Assembly (NCBI GenBank): GCA_043825615.1
Contig: JBDRRS010000007.1
Location: 1-32,000, forward strand
Source of the DNA: a bacterium
Lineage (GTDB): Bacteria > CG03
Direction of reading: 5' to 3'
DNA: 32,000 nucleotides
A program made the position numbers and the translations under genes. Below the pieces are notes generated by a model. It was not told the origin of the DNA. It saw nothing but the letters and a program-made list of their open reading frames with translations, and did no database searches. Numbering within the stretch: position 1 is the first letter of the stretch; each line of letters opens with the position of its first letter. Positions 17,050-26,868 of this stretch are shown piece after piece.

Positions 17050-18018
17050 TTATTTAGACGGACTTTCTCCGGGAACAAACGGCGTCGTTACCCTGTCTAT
17101 ATCCATGGGTATCAATGCTATCTCAATCCTTCTGTTTTTCGTTCTCCCCTCTACCGTGTCATTTGTATCAATGGGTTTGGTGTCGGCATATCCTGCCACC
17201 GAAATAAATATTGAGTCAATACCCACTTTGTCTATCAGATATCTGGCTATGTTCGTCGCTCTCGCTGTTGAAAGCTCCCAGTTTGTGGGGTATTTGCCCC
17301 TTAGTTTGGGTCCAATCGGCACATTATCCGTATGTCCTTCAATACGGATTTGTTTGTCTTTGATATTCTTTAAAATATTCCCGACCCTGTTGAGGACCTG
17401 TTTGCCTTCTTTCCGGACTTCAGCCTCTCCCAGCGGAAACATCAGTTTATCCACGATGTTAACCGACAACTTGTCTTTAAGCTGAGTAATTTTTATCTGT
17501 CCGTCCTGCACTTCCTTTTCCATATCCTGGACAAGATTCTCGTATGTTGACTTCAATCTGCCGACTTCGTCTTCTTTTGCTTTTGATACCGCGTCTATAC
17601 TGTCCTGCAGTTCGATATTCATGGCATTCGCAGCGGACAGCTGTTTCTTTAAATCCAATACGGTTTTTTCTTTTTCCCGTTTACTAACGGTAAGGTCCGC
17701 TATCAATTTGTCTTTTTCGCTTTTTTTGGCCTCCAGCACGGATATGAGATTACTGCTGTCTTTCTGCAAAATTGAATACTGCTCTTTGATTTCCGCCGCC
17801 TCAAGTTCGAGTTTCTGTTTCTCGTTAGAGACCGTCTGCAGGCTTTCTTCCGCCTGCTTCAACTTTGTTATAAGTTCGTCATTCCCGTTACGAAGAACTT
17901 CCGTTTCCTCTACTTTCATCCGGTACTTCCCGGTCGTAACGCATCCGACCAAAAAAACGCAAAATAAACCCATGGCTAAATTCTTAACGCTTCTTTTCAT
18001 CTTCTCTCCTTTTAGCAA
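17050..18018 (-). CDS. OmpA/MotB-domain lipoprotein with long coiled coil
   Basis: Lipobox 'CVFLVGC'; coiled-coil heptads; 'IRIEGHTDNVPIGPKLRGKYPTNWELSTARATNIARYLID...GRTKNRRIEIALIP'. Confidence 0.85.
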   Translation of the reverse strand: MLKGEKMKRSVKNLAMGLFCVFLVGCVTTGKYRMKVEETEVLRNGNDELITKLKQAEESLQTVSNEKQKLELEAAEIKEQYSILQKDSSNLISVLEAKKSEKDKLIADLTVSKREKEKTVLDLKKQLSAANAMNIELQDSIDAVSKAKEDEVGRLKSTYENLVQDMEKEVQDGQIKITQLKDKLSVNIVDKLMFPLGEAEVRKEGKQVLNRVGNILKNIKDKQIRIEGHTDNVPIGPKLRGKYPTNWELSTARATNIARYLIDKVGIDSIFISVAGYADTKPIDTNDTVEGRTKNRRIEIALIPMDIDRVTTPFVPGESPSK

Positions 18019-18233
18019 ATTCCAATTGCCCTAAACCTATAAACACCCCTGCACTTTAAAACCGGTTCCATGTGTTTTAGCGGGTAATTGTACTAAATTT
18101 ATGACACATCCAACAAATATTTATTGCTGACATTATCAAATGCCATATACATGTCACCATCGGATAAGATATCATTAACATCAACAGCAATCTCGGTGTC
18201 CATACTACCGTCTGTGCTGACAAAACGGGCGCG

Positions 18234-18261
18234 TTGACAGTGTTGTTCTTTACTTTATACG
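18234..18261 (+). promoter_or_regulatory. Sigma70-type promoter candidate for manA
   Basis: TTGACA at 18234-18239, 16-nt spacer, TATACG at 18256-18261, about 25 nt before the ATG. Confidence 0.5.
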
Positions 18262-18286
18262 ATTTTTTGAGATAATATAAAGCGAT

Positions 18287-19708
18287 ATGAACACAATCCT
18301 TGCGTTTAAAAAAAGCCCCTGTCCTTTGATATTAAACTGTAAAATAATGACCGGTGATGAAGGTTATAAATGGGGCGATAAGAAATTTATTCCCGATTTA
18401 ATAGGTCTTGATAATACGGATGCAAAACCGTTTGCCGAACTTTGGATTGGCGCCCATCCAAAGGCACCCGCACGTATAAAAGTTAAAGGGACAATGATCG
18501 ATTTTGATAAAATAATCAGAGGAGCCGCTTATGAAATTCTCGGTAAGGATGTATCAGATAAATTTTCAAAAAAGCTGCCTTATTTGTTAAAAATAATAAC
18601 AGCTCAAAATTCATTATCCATTCAGGCGCATCCTGATAAAAAACATGCAGAAGCCGGATTTGAAAAGGAAAATATTTCAGGGATAGATTCGAATGCTTAT
18701 AATCGCAGTTACAAAGATACCAATCATAAACCTGAACTTATATGTGCAATTACAAAATTCTGGGTGTTAAACGGATTCATGGCTCCCATGAAAATCATTG
18801 ATTCTTTCTCTCTGATTGACATCCCCGAAATAAGAAAGGAATTCAAAATCTTTAAAGATAAAATAAAAAAGTCACAAAATAACGACACAATTCAAAAGAA
18901 AGCGTTAAAAGATTTTTACTCAATCCTGATGAAGGATGCAGGCGCTAAAGATAAAAACGGCAAAGAACGGTTAAGAATTAAGGCAATTATTTCGCACATA
19001 ACGAATTATGCCCAAAACAGAATCGGCAAAATTTTAAATATTCAGGGGAATTGCATCTTAAAAGATGCGGTTGCCCGCGCCGCGGCCGCGGGAAAAATAG
19101 ATGAATTGAAGCGTGAAATCTGGACGCTGAAAGTCAATGAGCAATATAAGGACGACTTTGGTATTTTAGCTGTTTATTTTTTGAACTTAATTCAATTACA
19201 GCCGGGCGAGGCAATGTATTTACCCGCGGGAGAATTGCACGCATATCTCGGCAAATTAAATCCCGCCTCCCCGTATGAAGGCGCAGCGGTAGAATTAATG
19301 GCAAATTCCGATAATGTCCTGCGGGGAGGTTTAACGAATAAATACATAGATGTATGCGAACTTCTGAATATACTGACCTTTACGAGTGCAGAACCAAAAA
19401 TTATTTTTCCATTACCTGCCGCATGCGCTGAAAGAATCTATAAGACACCGGCTGATGAATTTGAGTTGAGTATAATTGAACTTACCGGGAATCAGGTTTT
19501 TACAAGCGATATAAAACACAGCGCCGATATATTTATTGTAATGAAGGGTTTTGCAGAAGTAACAGACGCCAGAAATAACATGCTGGAAATTAAGAAGGGT
19601 GGAGCTTTCATGGTGCCTGCCATATCGGGAAAATATACAATCAGGTCTTTAGACGCTGATTCTGTGCTTTATAAGGCGAGTGTGCCGATTTCTCTATCGG
19701 TTTGTTAA
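18287..19708 (+). CDS. manA: Mannose-6-phosphate isomerase, class I
   Basis: 'YKDTNHKPELICAITKFWVLNGF', 'LNLIQLQPGEAMYLPAGELHAYL', 'LSIQAHPDKKHAE' match type I PMI motifs. Confidence 0.9.
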   Translation: MNTILAFKKSPCPLILNCKIMTGDEGYKWGDKKFIPDLIGLDNTDAKPFAELWIGAHPKAPARIKVKGTMIDFDKIIRGAAYEILGKDVSDKFSKKLPYLLKIITAQNSLSIQAHPDKKHAEAGFEKENISGIDSNAYNRSYKDTNHKPELICAITKFWVLNGFMAPMKIIDSFSLIDIPEIRKEFKIFKDKIKKSQNNDTIQKKALKDFYSILMKDAGAKDKNGKERLRIKAIISHITNYAQNRIGKILNIQGNCILKDAVARAAAAGKIDELKREIWTLKVNEQYKDDFGILAVYFLNLIQLQPGEAMYLPAGELHAYLGKLNPASPYEGAAVELMANSDNVLRGGLTNKYIDVCELLNILTFTSAEPKIIFPLPAACAERIYKTPADEFELSIIELTGNQVFTSDIKHSADIFIVMKGFAEVTDARNNMLEIKKGGAFMVPAISGKYTIRSLDADSVLYKASVPISLSVC

Positions 19709-19767
19709 GAGGGACGCTTCGCAGTCCCGTTTATTATAATCTGCGTTCTTCAAGCGACGGTTTTTAT

Positions 19768-20901
19768 CTAATATTTCAGGAGAGATCTATAAAGACTCAT
19801 GTGGATATTTGCTGTTTCTTCCCATGAAGTCATACGTCTGAATTGGTCAATCCTTGTAATAACGAAGTTTCTGAAAATAGGGTCTTCTAACAGTCTGAGC
19901 GCAATTTTTGCCATTCCATCCGTATTGCTCGGCAGTACCAGCAATTCCTCGCATATCGCTGTTAATTCTTCGAATTTGGGCAGTCTTGAAGCAATCACCG
20001 GTTTTTTTGCGCCAAGCGCCAGATGAAGAGCCCCCGATACTGCCCTGTTTTCTTCAAAATAAGGAAACAGCGCTATATCTGCGGCTCCCAGCAGATACTG
20101 CAAATCTTCATTCGGATAAAACATCCGGTTATACAGAACATATTTTTTTAAACCCATTCTTTTTATTTTTTCTTGGAGAGACCTTTCATATTTTATATCC
20201 GAACCACTGGCATTGGGCGCAAGACCGCCTGATATAAAAAGACGCACATCGCCTCTCTTCTTTAATATTTTTATAAGAACTTTCAGCGCTATATGTATGC
20301 ACTTGTGTTTTTTTATGAACCCGAAACAGACAAGCAGTTTTGTATTCAGCGGCAGGCCTAATTTATTTCGGGAAATGTTTTTACTCTTATTGGTAATCAA
20401 TGTACCGTGGGGAATAATATTAATTTTCGAGAGTGGCACACCGATACGATTCAGTATCAAGCTCTGTGAGGCAGAGTGCACCACGATACTATCAACGAAC
20501 TGGGATAATCTGGCGACATAAGATTCATTAATCATGCCCTTTTTTGAGAATTGCGCCGGAATCAGACAATGAAACGTGATTATCTTTCTCGTATTTTTGC
20601 CTAACCTAAACAATAATGACAATAACCGATCGTCAAATCCGTATATTTTGTATTCATGCTGAATGTGCAGTATATCTATATCGTCGGTATATTGAAGAAT
20701 CTGAGACGCATAATCCTGCTTTCGGCTCCAGCACGGAATGACTTTATATCTTTTCTTCTGACGAAAAACGGACTCGTTTTCAGAAAGTATTGTGACATCG
20801 GCTGATGAGTCAATCTTTTTTACTGCATGAGCAAGGTAATATGAATACGTTGCAATCCCGCATTCTTGCGGCACATAGGGAGAAATGTAAGCTATTTTCA
20901 T
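19768..20901 (-). CDS. Glycosyltransferase family 4-like
   Basis: 'MKIAYISPYVPQECGIATYSYYLAHAV', 'INIIPHGT', 'ADIALFPYFEENRAVSGALHLALGAKKPVIAS'. Confidence 0.85.
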   Translation of the reverse strand: MKIAYISPYVPQECGIATYSYYLAHAVKKIDSSADVTILSENESVFRQKKRYKVIPCWSRKQDYASQILQYTDDIDILHIQHEYKIYGFDDRLLSLLFRLGKNTRKIITFHCLIPAQFSKKGMINESYVARLSQFVDSIVVHSASQSLILNRIGVPLSKINIIPHGTLITNKSKNISRNKLGLPLNTKLLVCFGFIKKHKCIHIALKVLIKILKKRGDVRLFISGGLAPNASGSDIKYERSLQEKIKRMGLKKYVLYNRMFYPNEDLQYLLGAADIALFPYFEENRAVSGALHLALGAKKPVIASRLPKFEELTAICEELLVLPSNTDGMAKIALRLLEDPIFRNFVITRIDQFRRMTSWEETANIHMSLYRSLLKY

Positions 20902-20923
20902 CCGCCGCAGTGAGAACCTGTTC

Positions 20924-21850
20924 TTAAAATAATTTTAGAACATCCTTCATATCCGCATAAGCAACGCCTATCACTGTATCCGCCGCTCCGTAGTAAACAA
21001 GCAATTGGCCGTCTTTTTCGACACAGCCGCAGGTAAAAGTTACATTGGAAACATCCCCTATTTTTTCATATTCTTCACCGGGTTCAAGCACCGGTTCCGG
21101 GTGGCGGTATACGACTTTAGTCGGATCTTCAAGATCCAGGAAAGCAATACCTAACCGGTAGCACATCTTATTATCAACCGCATGATATACGATAAGCCAG
21201 CCCTTTTCTGTTTTTATGGGCGTGGCCCCGCCGCCGATCTTCCATTTTTCCCATCCGTGGCCCTGAGGATACATGACGACTGTATTATCTCTGAATTCTT
21301 TTAAATCTTCCGAAAAACCTATCCATATGTGCTGCGGGATCCTGTGCATCAGGACATATTTTCCCTTGATTTTTTCAGGGAACATCGCCGCATCTTTATT
21401 GTCCGTAAATGGAAAAGGATATATCCTTTCGCTCCAATTCCATCTCTTATTCAGAAAATCATCTACCGAAATAGTGGAAATCGCTATCTGGACCCATTTA
21501 AGCTGCTTCTCCATTCCGGGAACCATACCGTATGCCGAATAAGTCATATAAAGCCGGTCGCCGATTTGCGCAATTCTGGGATCTTCCACGCCGAAACAGT
21601 CCACATCAGAATCCATGGATACGCCAAAAATCGGCTTATCCAACCGCTCATCAATAACAAACCCGTCTTTTGAAGAAGCGTATCCGCATCTTGAAATACC
21701 GCCCTTGCAGCCTCTGGCCCTGTAAACAAGGTGCACTGTACCGTTAATATTAACTGCCGCCGTATTGAAAACGACAAGCGCCTCCCAATCATGTTCAATT
21801 ATCGGTTTCAATATCGGGTTCTTTTTGTACCTTTTTAATGTAAATGTCAT
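20924..21850 (-). CDS. GH130-like glycosidase/beta-mannoside phosphorylase family protein
   Basis: 'YKKNPILKPIIEHDWEALVVFNTAAV', 'VEDPRIAQIGDRLYMTYSAY', 'NKDAAMFPEKIKGKYVLMHRI', 'GGGATPIKTEKGWLIVYHAV'. Confidence 0.85.
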   Translation of the reverse strand: MTFTLKRYKKNPILKPIIEHDWEALVVFNTAAVNINGTVHLVYRARGCKGGISRCGYASSKDGFVIDERLDKPIFGVSMDSDVDCFGVEDPRIAQIGDRLYMTYSAYGMVPGMEKQLKWVQIAISTISVDDFLNKRWNWSERIYPFPFTDNKDAAMFPEKIKGKYVLMHRIPQHIWIGFSEDLKEFRDNTVVMYPQGHGWEKWKIGGGATPIKTEKGWLIVYHAVDNKMCYRLGIAFLDLEDPTKVVYRHPEPVLEPGEEYEKIGDVSNVTFTCGCVEKDGQLLVYYGAADTVIGVAYADMKDVLKLF

Positions 21851-21874
21851 AATAACTCCTTTCTGACGATCAAC

Positions 21875-22975
21875 CTACTTAAGTTCCTTAAACAGTTCAA
21901 TGAACTTCCCGGCTACTGCAGTAGCTGAATTTTCTTTAATAAACTTTTCTCTTTCTCTGTTTATCACTTCATACCGCTTATCTTTATCAAAGACGGACTT
22001 TATCCCGGAAACAAGCTCTTCGGTATTAGTAAAACTGATAATAGCGTCACCGAACATAACCGTAAAATCAGACGCTAACGCAACGATGGGGCAGCCGGAA
22101 CCCAGGCACTGGAATATTGTGCTTGAAAGGACAACCCGTCCGACATTCGGTTTGTTAACTACTAATACGTCAACAGCCTGAAGATACTCGTAAAGCTTGT
22201 TGATATCCGGAGCTTCCACCCTTATTTCCATATCCACAATGCCGCTCTGCTTAAATGCCTTGAGCATTTCAAGCGCCCGGCCCTGGTTTGTAACCCCTAA
22301 TACATAAAGCGGATAATCATTTTTAAGCGGCGCAATAGCGGGGATAAGAAGCGACGCCGCATATGATGCCGGACCAAACGTAAGAACAATTTTTTTCTCT
22401 TTAGGCAGACCTAATTTTTTTCTGGCGGCCTGTTTATCGCCCGTCTGCATATCATGCGCCGGATACGGAATCATATGAATCTTATTCTCGTCACACGTCT
22501 TTTTTAAAAAATTTCTATAACGTTCATCAAAAGCAATAACTGCATCCCAGTCGAACTGATAAAAAGACGGGTCTTTGGCTAATTCACCGTCGTGAATCAC
22601 GCTTATTGTTTTTGCTTTCTTACTGATTCTATGAAAGATTTTACCGAGTAAGTCCTTCGGCAGCATACCAAGATCCTCGACGATGAAATAATCATACTCT
22701 GAGATAAGAAACGGCACAGGATCAAGCTGTGGGGACTTCGCATTACTTGTCGTTATACAACGCGTTACATAGGGCTCGTCTTCACCGATAATATTGGTTC
22801 CGTGAAAGCTTTCTTTTAAAAACGTGAATACTTCCAGATGATGCCCCTGACAGACAAAAGCCCGTCCTATCATTTCACTGTGATAAGAAGCTCCTGAATC
22901 AGTATTCCAACCGCCCATAATTGCTATTTTCATAACAACCCCCAAAATACCCCGAAAGGGCACGCTACACAGCAC
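21875..22975 (-). CDS. Glycosyltransferase (GT4-like); likely start at internal ATG near 22933 (MKIAIMGG)
   Basis: 'MKIAIMGGWNTDSGASYHSEMIGRAFVCQGHHLEVFT', 'VLVVNKPNVGRVVLSSTIFQCLGSGCPIVALASDFTVMFG'; ribosome-binding-like GGGGGTTGTT before the internal ATG. Confidence 0.7.
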   Translation of the reverse strand: MLCSVPFRGILGVVMKIAIMGGWNTDSGASYHSEMIGRAFVCQGHHLEVFTFLKESFHGTNIIGEDEPYVTRCITTSNAKSPQLDPVPFLISEYDYFIVEDLGMLPKDLLGKIFHRISKKAKTISVIHDGELAKDPSFYQFDWDAVIAFDERYRNFLKKTCDENKIHMIPYPAHDMQTGDKQAARKKLGLPKEKKIVLTFGPASYAASLLIPAIAPLKNDYPLYVLGVTNQGRALEMLKAFKQSGIVDMEIRVEAPDINKLYEYLQAVDVLVVNKPNVGRVVLSSTIFQCLGSGCPIVALASDFTVMFGDAIISFTNTEELVSGIKSVFDKDKRYEVINREREKFIKENSATAVAGKFIELFKELK

Positions 22976-23107
22976 CTAAACGGCAGGCTGCGCACTTCTG
23001 CTCCTGCGGACAGGTCACAGACAAGGAGCCACGGGCAGATTTCCCTTCAGGAAGGCATTCGCGCTCGCAACCGTGGGAATTCTACTATTAATGCAGCTTA
23101 ATCTTCT
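22950..23107 (-). ncRNA. Structured RNA candidate, possibly 6S RNA-like or a structured 5' leader of the downstream glycosyltransferase
   Basis: RNA-sense GCUGCAU (23091-23097) pairs with GUGUAGC (22964-22970) as a closing stem. Inside, CCACGG/CCGUGG (23029-23034 with 23071-23076), CUCCU/AGGAG (23001-23005 with 23024-23028), and alternatively GGUUGCG with CGCAGCC. Placed about 4 nt after a TATAAT box. Confidence 0.35.
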
Positions 23108-23110
23108 TTT

Positions 23111-23139
23111 ATTATAGAATTATTCTGAAGTGAAATCAA
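23111..23139 (-). promoter_or_regulatory. Strong sigma70-like promoter, minus strand
   Basis: TTGATT (23134-23139), 17-nt spacer, TATAAT (23111-23116) on the reverse complement. Confidence 0.6.
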
Positions 23140-23183
23140 GCCCCTTGCGAAGGGTATTCCAGAGATTTATATCTGATTTTTTA

Positions 23184-24575
23184 TTACGGTAAAGATTCCT
23201 CCATAATTTCATATGTAAGATTTATTTCATCCACCAGTCTTTTTTTCATCCAGCTGCCTTTGAGAAACCAGAACAATGCAAGAAGTCCGCCGGTAAGATT
23301 ACTCAGAGGAAAAGCCCACCATATTCCTTTTTCCGAAAGCGCGGAGTAATTGGAAAGCCCGTAAGCAAGACCGATTCTGATTATAAGAAAACTCGCCAGC
23401 GTAAATAACATAGCGGCAACGGTATTTCCCGAACCCCTGAAGGCGCCGCCGAGAACTATCTGAAGCCCTGCAAAACCGAAAGTCAAGGAGACGATTTTAA
23501 TAAAAAGGGAACCTGTTTCAATGACATAGGGGTCGCCCGGTATAAAAAACGAGATAAGATTGCCCGAGAAAATATAGAACATGGCCCCCGCCGCAGTCAT
23601 CAGCACAAATGTCAAACCGGCGGCAATAGCCGCTGTCCTGGCCGCCCTGTCCGGTTTACCAGCGCCGATATTCTGCCCTACAAGAGTTGTCGTCGCCATG
23701 GCAACACCGACGGCAGGTATTATTATAAAACTCAATATCCTTGTGACTATGCCGTAGGACGCGACAACGGTCGTGCCGAAAGCTCCGACGAGAAATATCA
23801 TCACCGTAAAACTGAACGCCCTGATGGAATGTTCCACCGAAGCGGGCAAACCCAGCAGGAGGAGTTTTTTCGTCAACGGCCAGTCCGGTTTGAAATACAC
23901 AAGACGAAGTTTTATCCCGTATTTGCCGCTTAGAAACATACTCAGAGCTATCGCCGCAGCGAGCCCTTCGGTAATTATTGTCGCCATTGCCGCCCCTGCA
24001 ACGCCGTATGCCGGGATTGGCCCCCACCCCATAATGAAAATCGGGTCCGCAAGAAAATTCAGAATTACCGTCCCCAGAACGATAAACATAGGAATTTTGA
24101 CGACGCCCACCCCCCTGAGAATGGACTGGAACACAAAAAATGAAAACAGGAAAATAAGCCCTACAAAAGAGACCTTAAGATATGCTACCGCCCCCGGTAT
24201 CACCGCGGGCTCCGCCCCTGTGAGATTGATAAGAAACGGCGTAAGCATATAACCTGCCGCCGATATTAAAATAGATATGACTCCCAGTATAAGAAGAGTT
24301 TGAGACGCTATGTAATCAATACCGCCGGCGCCCTTGCCTTTATACTGCGCAACAAGAATGGTGCCGGCTATCGAAATCCCTGCGCCAAACGAAATCAGCA
24401 GAAAAAGTATCGGAAAACTGAAAGATACCGCGGCGACAGCTTCCTGTCCCACACGGCCCACCCAGAAGATATCTGTAAGATTGTAAACCGTCTGGAGAAT
24501 GTTTGCCATCGCCACGGGCCATGAAATTCTGAAAATGGCCTTGAGTATGGAACCTTCCGTTAAACTATGTTGCAT
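23184..24575 (-). CDS. MATE family efflux transporter
   Basis: 'ILKAIFRISWPVAMANILQTVYNLTDIFWVGRVGQEAVAAVSFSFPI', 12-TM pattern, 'ATTTLVGQNIGAG'. Confidence 0.93.
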   Translation of the reverse strand: MQHSLTEGSILKAIFRISWPVAMANILQTVYNLTDIFWVGRVGQEAVAAVSFSFPILFLLISFGAGISIAGTILVAQYKGKGAGGIDYIASQTLLILGVISILISAAGYMLTPFLINLTGAEPAVIPGAVAYLKVSFVGLIFLFSFFVFQSILRGVGVVKIPMFIVLGTVILNFLADPIFIMGWGPIPAYGVAGAAMATIITEGLAAAIALSMFLSGKYGIKLRLVYFKPDWPLTKKLLLLGLPASVEHSIRAFSFTVMIFLVGAFGTTVVASYGIVTRILSFIIIPAVGVAMATTTLVGQNIGAGKPDRAARTAAIAAGLTFVLMTAAGAMFYIFSGNLISFFIPGDPYVIETGSLFIKIVSLTFGFAGLQIVLGGAFRGSGNTVAAMLFTLASFLIIRIGLAYGLSNYSALSEKGIWWAFPLSNLTGGLLALFWFLKGSWMKKRLVDEINLTYEIMEESLP

Positions 24576-24645
24576 TATGCAAACCCCGTTAATCCGTCAT
24601 AAAAGGGAAGAACCGCAATGTTTTAACTGTACGTTGCCGTGATTT

Positions 24646-25884
24646 TTATGAAAGTTCAATCCTATCACGCATACCGTGCACAAGATTGGTCATAACCGTA
24701 AGGTAGTCCCTCAGATGGCGCGTTATCAAAAATTGCCCCCTGACAAACTCTCTCGCTTTTTCTCCCATATTCTTTAACTTGTCTTCCCGCTGCAGAAGAT
24801 AGCGCATTCTCAACGCCGCGCCTTCAGGCGTGCTTACAAGAAATCCCGTATGGTGATTGATAACCTGGCATCTGATTCCGCCGGTATCGCCGCCTATCAC
24901 GGGTTTGGACTTCCACATCGCTTCGGTTACGGTTAAACCGAATCCTTCACGCAGGGATTTCTGCAGGATAATATCGGCTCCTCTCTGAAGCGCATTGATC
25001 GTTGTATGCGCGTCCGGCGGCAGAACGAGAACATGCACATCAGGGTCGCTGTTTGCGGCAAGTTTCACTTCGTCAAGAACCCGCGCGCCTTCAGGGTCGT
25101 CGTCCGCAAACCCTCCCGCAAGAATGAGCTGCAGAGGGATAAATTTCTTTGCCATCCGGTAAGCGTGTATCACGCCCACAGGGTCCTTGAATTCATCAAA
25201 CCTGGAAACCTGCAGAACGACGGGACGGGATTTATCTATTTTGAATTTTTTAAAAACAGCGTCAATTTCTTTTTGCGGTAAATCCTTGTTTTTATCGCTT
25301 AACGGGTCTATGCTCGGCGGAATAAGATATTGCGTATGCGGCAGGGTCTGAGCAAAATCCGCTATTGAAAAAACACTGGCATCATACCCTGCTACGTACT
25401 GCTTCAGGTATTTCCAAACTTTCCTTTGGGGATTGCTTACGTCTATATGACATCTCCATATCCATTTTGCTTTTATACCGGGACACAGGGTTTTCATCAT
25501 TGCCGGCTGAGGGTCATGCGCGAATATAATGTCTGCGTCCTTCAGTTTAGGTTTGAGTATTTCCGCGTTTTTCGCGCTGGTATCCTCATACGCTTTCAGC
25601 ATGGCTTCGGTTATTTCCATACTTTTGCCCTGTAAAGCGTTATGGAACCTCTTGGTGCATTCAAAAAAATCCGGATTACCGTTCAAAACTTCCCATGAGA
25701 CCTCAATTCCAAGTTCTTGTTTAAGCGGCACGAGTTTATTTAATATTTCGGCGACGCCGCCGCCGCTTTTTGTGGAATTTATATGCACCACCTTTATTTT
25801 CTGCATGCCTTTCGCAAGCTGCCTGAGATGATTTATTACGTCTTTCCCCGCAGAATCGCCGTATTGTTCAAGTAATGATTTCAT
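24646..25884 (-). CDS. TreT-like trehalose synthase/GT4 glycosyltransferase
   Basis: 'VVHINSTKSGGGVAEILNKLVPLKQELGIEVSWEVLNGNPDFFECTKRFHNALQG', 'FAHDPQPAMM', 'QKSLREGFGLTVTEAMWKSKPVIGGDTGGI'. Confidence 0.88.
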   Translation of the reverse strand: MKSLLEQYGDSAGKDVINHLRQLAKGMQKIKVVHINSTKSGGGVAEILNKLVPLKQELGIEVSWEVLNGNPDFFECTKRFHNALQGKSMEITEAMLKAYEDTSAKNAEILKPKLKDADIIFAHDPQPAMMKTLCPGIKAKWIWRCHIDVSNPQRKVWKYLKQYVAGYDASVFSIADFAQTLPHTQYLIPPSIDPLSDKNKDLPQKEIDAVFKKFKIDKSRPVVLQVSRFDEFKDPVGVIHAYRMAKKFIPLQLILAGGFADDDPEGARVLDEVKLAANSDPDVHVLVLPPDAHTTINALQRGADIILQKSLREGFGLTVTEAMWKSKPVIGGDTGGIRCQVINHHTGFLVSTPEGAALRMRYLLQREDKLKNMGEKAREFVRGQFLITRHLRDYLTVMTNLVHGMRDRIELS

Positions 25885-25885
25885 T

Positions 25886-26560
25886 TTAAAGAATCTCTAA
25901 CTTTTTTTGAAAAAAATCCGCAAATACCTTTATTAAATTTTTCTTGAGTTCTTCAAGAGTGCCGAAATAAGGGTCTATCCCGCCGAGCATACCGCGCAAA
26001 TGCGAATACTCATCCCCGAAATCGCGAAGCCACGCCGTAAAATCATCCGCATTATCTTCCGTCCGCCGGCGGGCGTCGATAAAATGATAGAAAATACTGC
26101 TCGCGGTCATATCCGGCAGACAATCCGCAAGCCCTGAAGGTTTATAAATCCGTTTATCCGTATTGAAGATAACAATTTTTGACCGTATGAAATTAAACTG
26201 ATTATCCTTCTTCGCCCACGGTACAGTTTCGCATTCAGCCAGCCGTTCTTCAATAAGTTCTATCAGTTCTCTCCTTATTTCTTCCAAATCCCTGAAATCC
26301 GCGGGATTCAGTACGCTGAACCTTTCCGCCATCACATTATCGTGAAGGCCGTGTCTCGCCCACGAGGCAAAATCGTTATTATACTCGGGGTCGTCAAATC
26401 GCGGGAGAAGCAGGCCGCCCCAGAAGTGATAATAAATACTTCCCTCATCAATCACTTCCAGCCTGTCCCTGAGTTCCCTTAAATTATGCGCCTTCTTGCC
26501 TGTGGCAATCGCAAGCAGCGCGCAATCTTTCAAAGTGAAAACCGATTCTTTTCTATTCAT
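25886..26560 (-). CDS. DUF5752-like family protein
   Basis: 'FTLKDCALLAIATGKKAHNLRELRDRLEVIDEGSIYYHFWGGLLLPRFDDPEYNNDFASWARHGLHD', internally duplicated; immediately downstream of no gap from the TreT-like gene. Confidence 0.65.
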   Translation of the reverse strand: MNRKESVFTLKDCALLAIATGKKAHNLRELRDRLEVIDEGSIYYHFWGGLLLPRFDDPEYNNDFASWARHGLHDNVMAERFSVLNPADFRDLEEIRRELIELIEERLAECETVPWAKKDNQFNFIRSKIVIFNTDKRIYKPSGLADCLPDMTASSIFYHFIDARRRTEDNADDFTAWLRDFGDEYSHLRGMLGGIDPYFGTLEELKKNLIKVFADFFQKKLEIL

Positions 26561-26716
26561 TTTCTTAAATCAATCGTAATTAAATTCTCCAACTATTTCA
26601 CTTATATAAATTTTTTCACGGCAAAAGTCAAATTGACGGGCTGCCCCATCAAAAAACTTTGATGAAATTAAACAGGTAAATTCCTTTCAAAGATTTAGCC
26701 CGCTCTAAAAAGTCCT

Positions 26717-26836
26717 CATTACTCGGATAAGTAAATCATATCCTATAATATTCCTTCAACTGTTTAAGTTCGTATCTATTCAGCGGCATATACTTATTTA
26801 TTTCTTCCTGCAGGTCAACATCTTTTACTCTGTTTC
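26717..26836 (-). pseudogene. 5' fragment of a fic-like gene (duplicate of 30091-30212)
   Basis: 'cattact..ataagtaaatc.tatcctata.tattccttcaactgtttaagtt.gtatctattcagcgg..tatacttatttatttcttcctgcag' shared nearly identically with the intact gene's N-terminal coding region. Confidence 0.75.
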
Positions 26837-26868
26837 ACCTTCTTCCCCTTGCCCGGGGGTCATCAAAA

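Noticed and set aside
18066-18235. Short minus-strand reading 'STDGSMDTEIAVDVNDILSDGDMYMAFDNVSNKYLLDVS' upstream of manA
   Set aside because: Looks composition-biased and acidic but has no convincing start or ribosome-binding site; could be a remnant, insufficient evidence.
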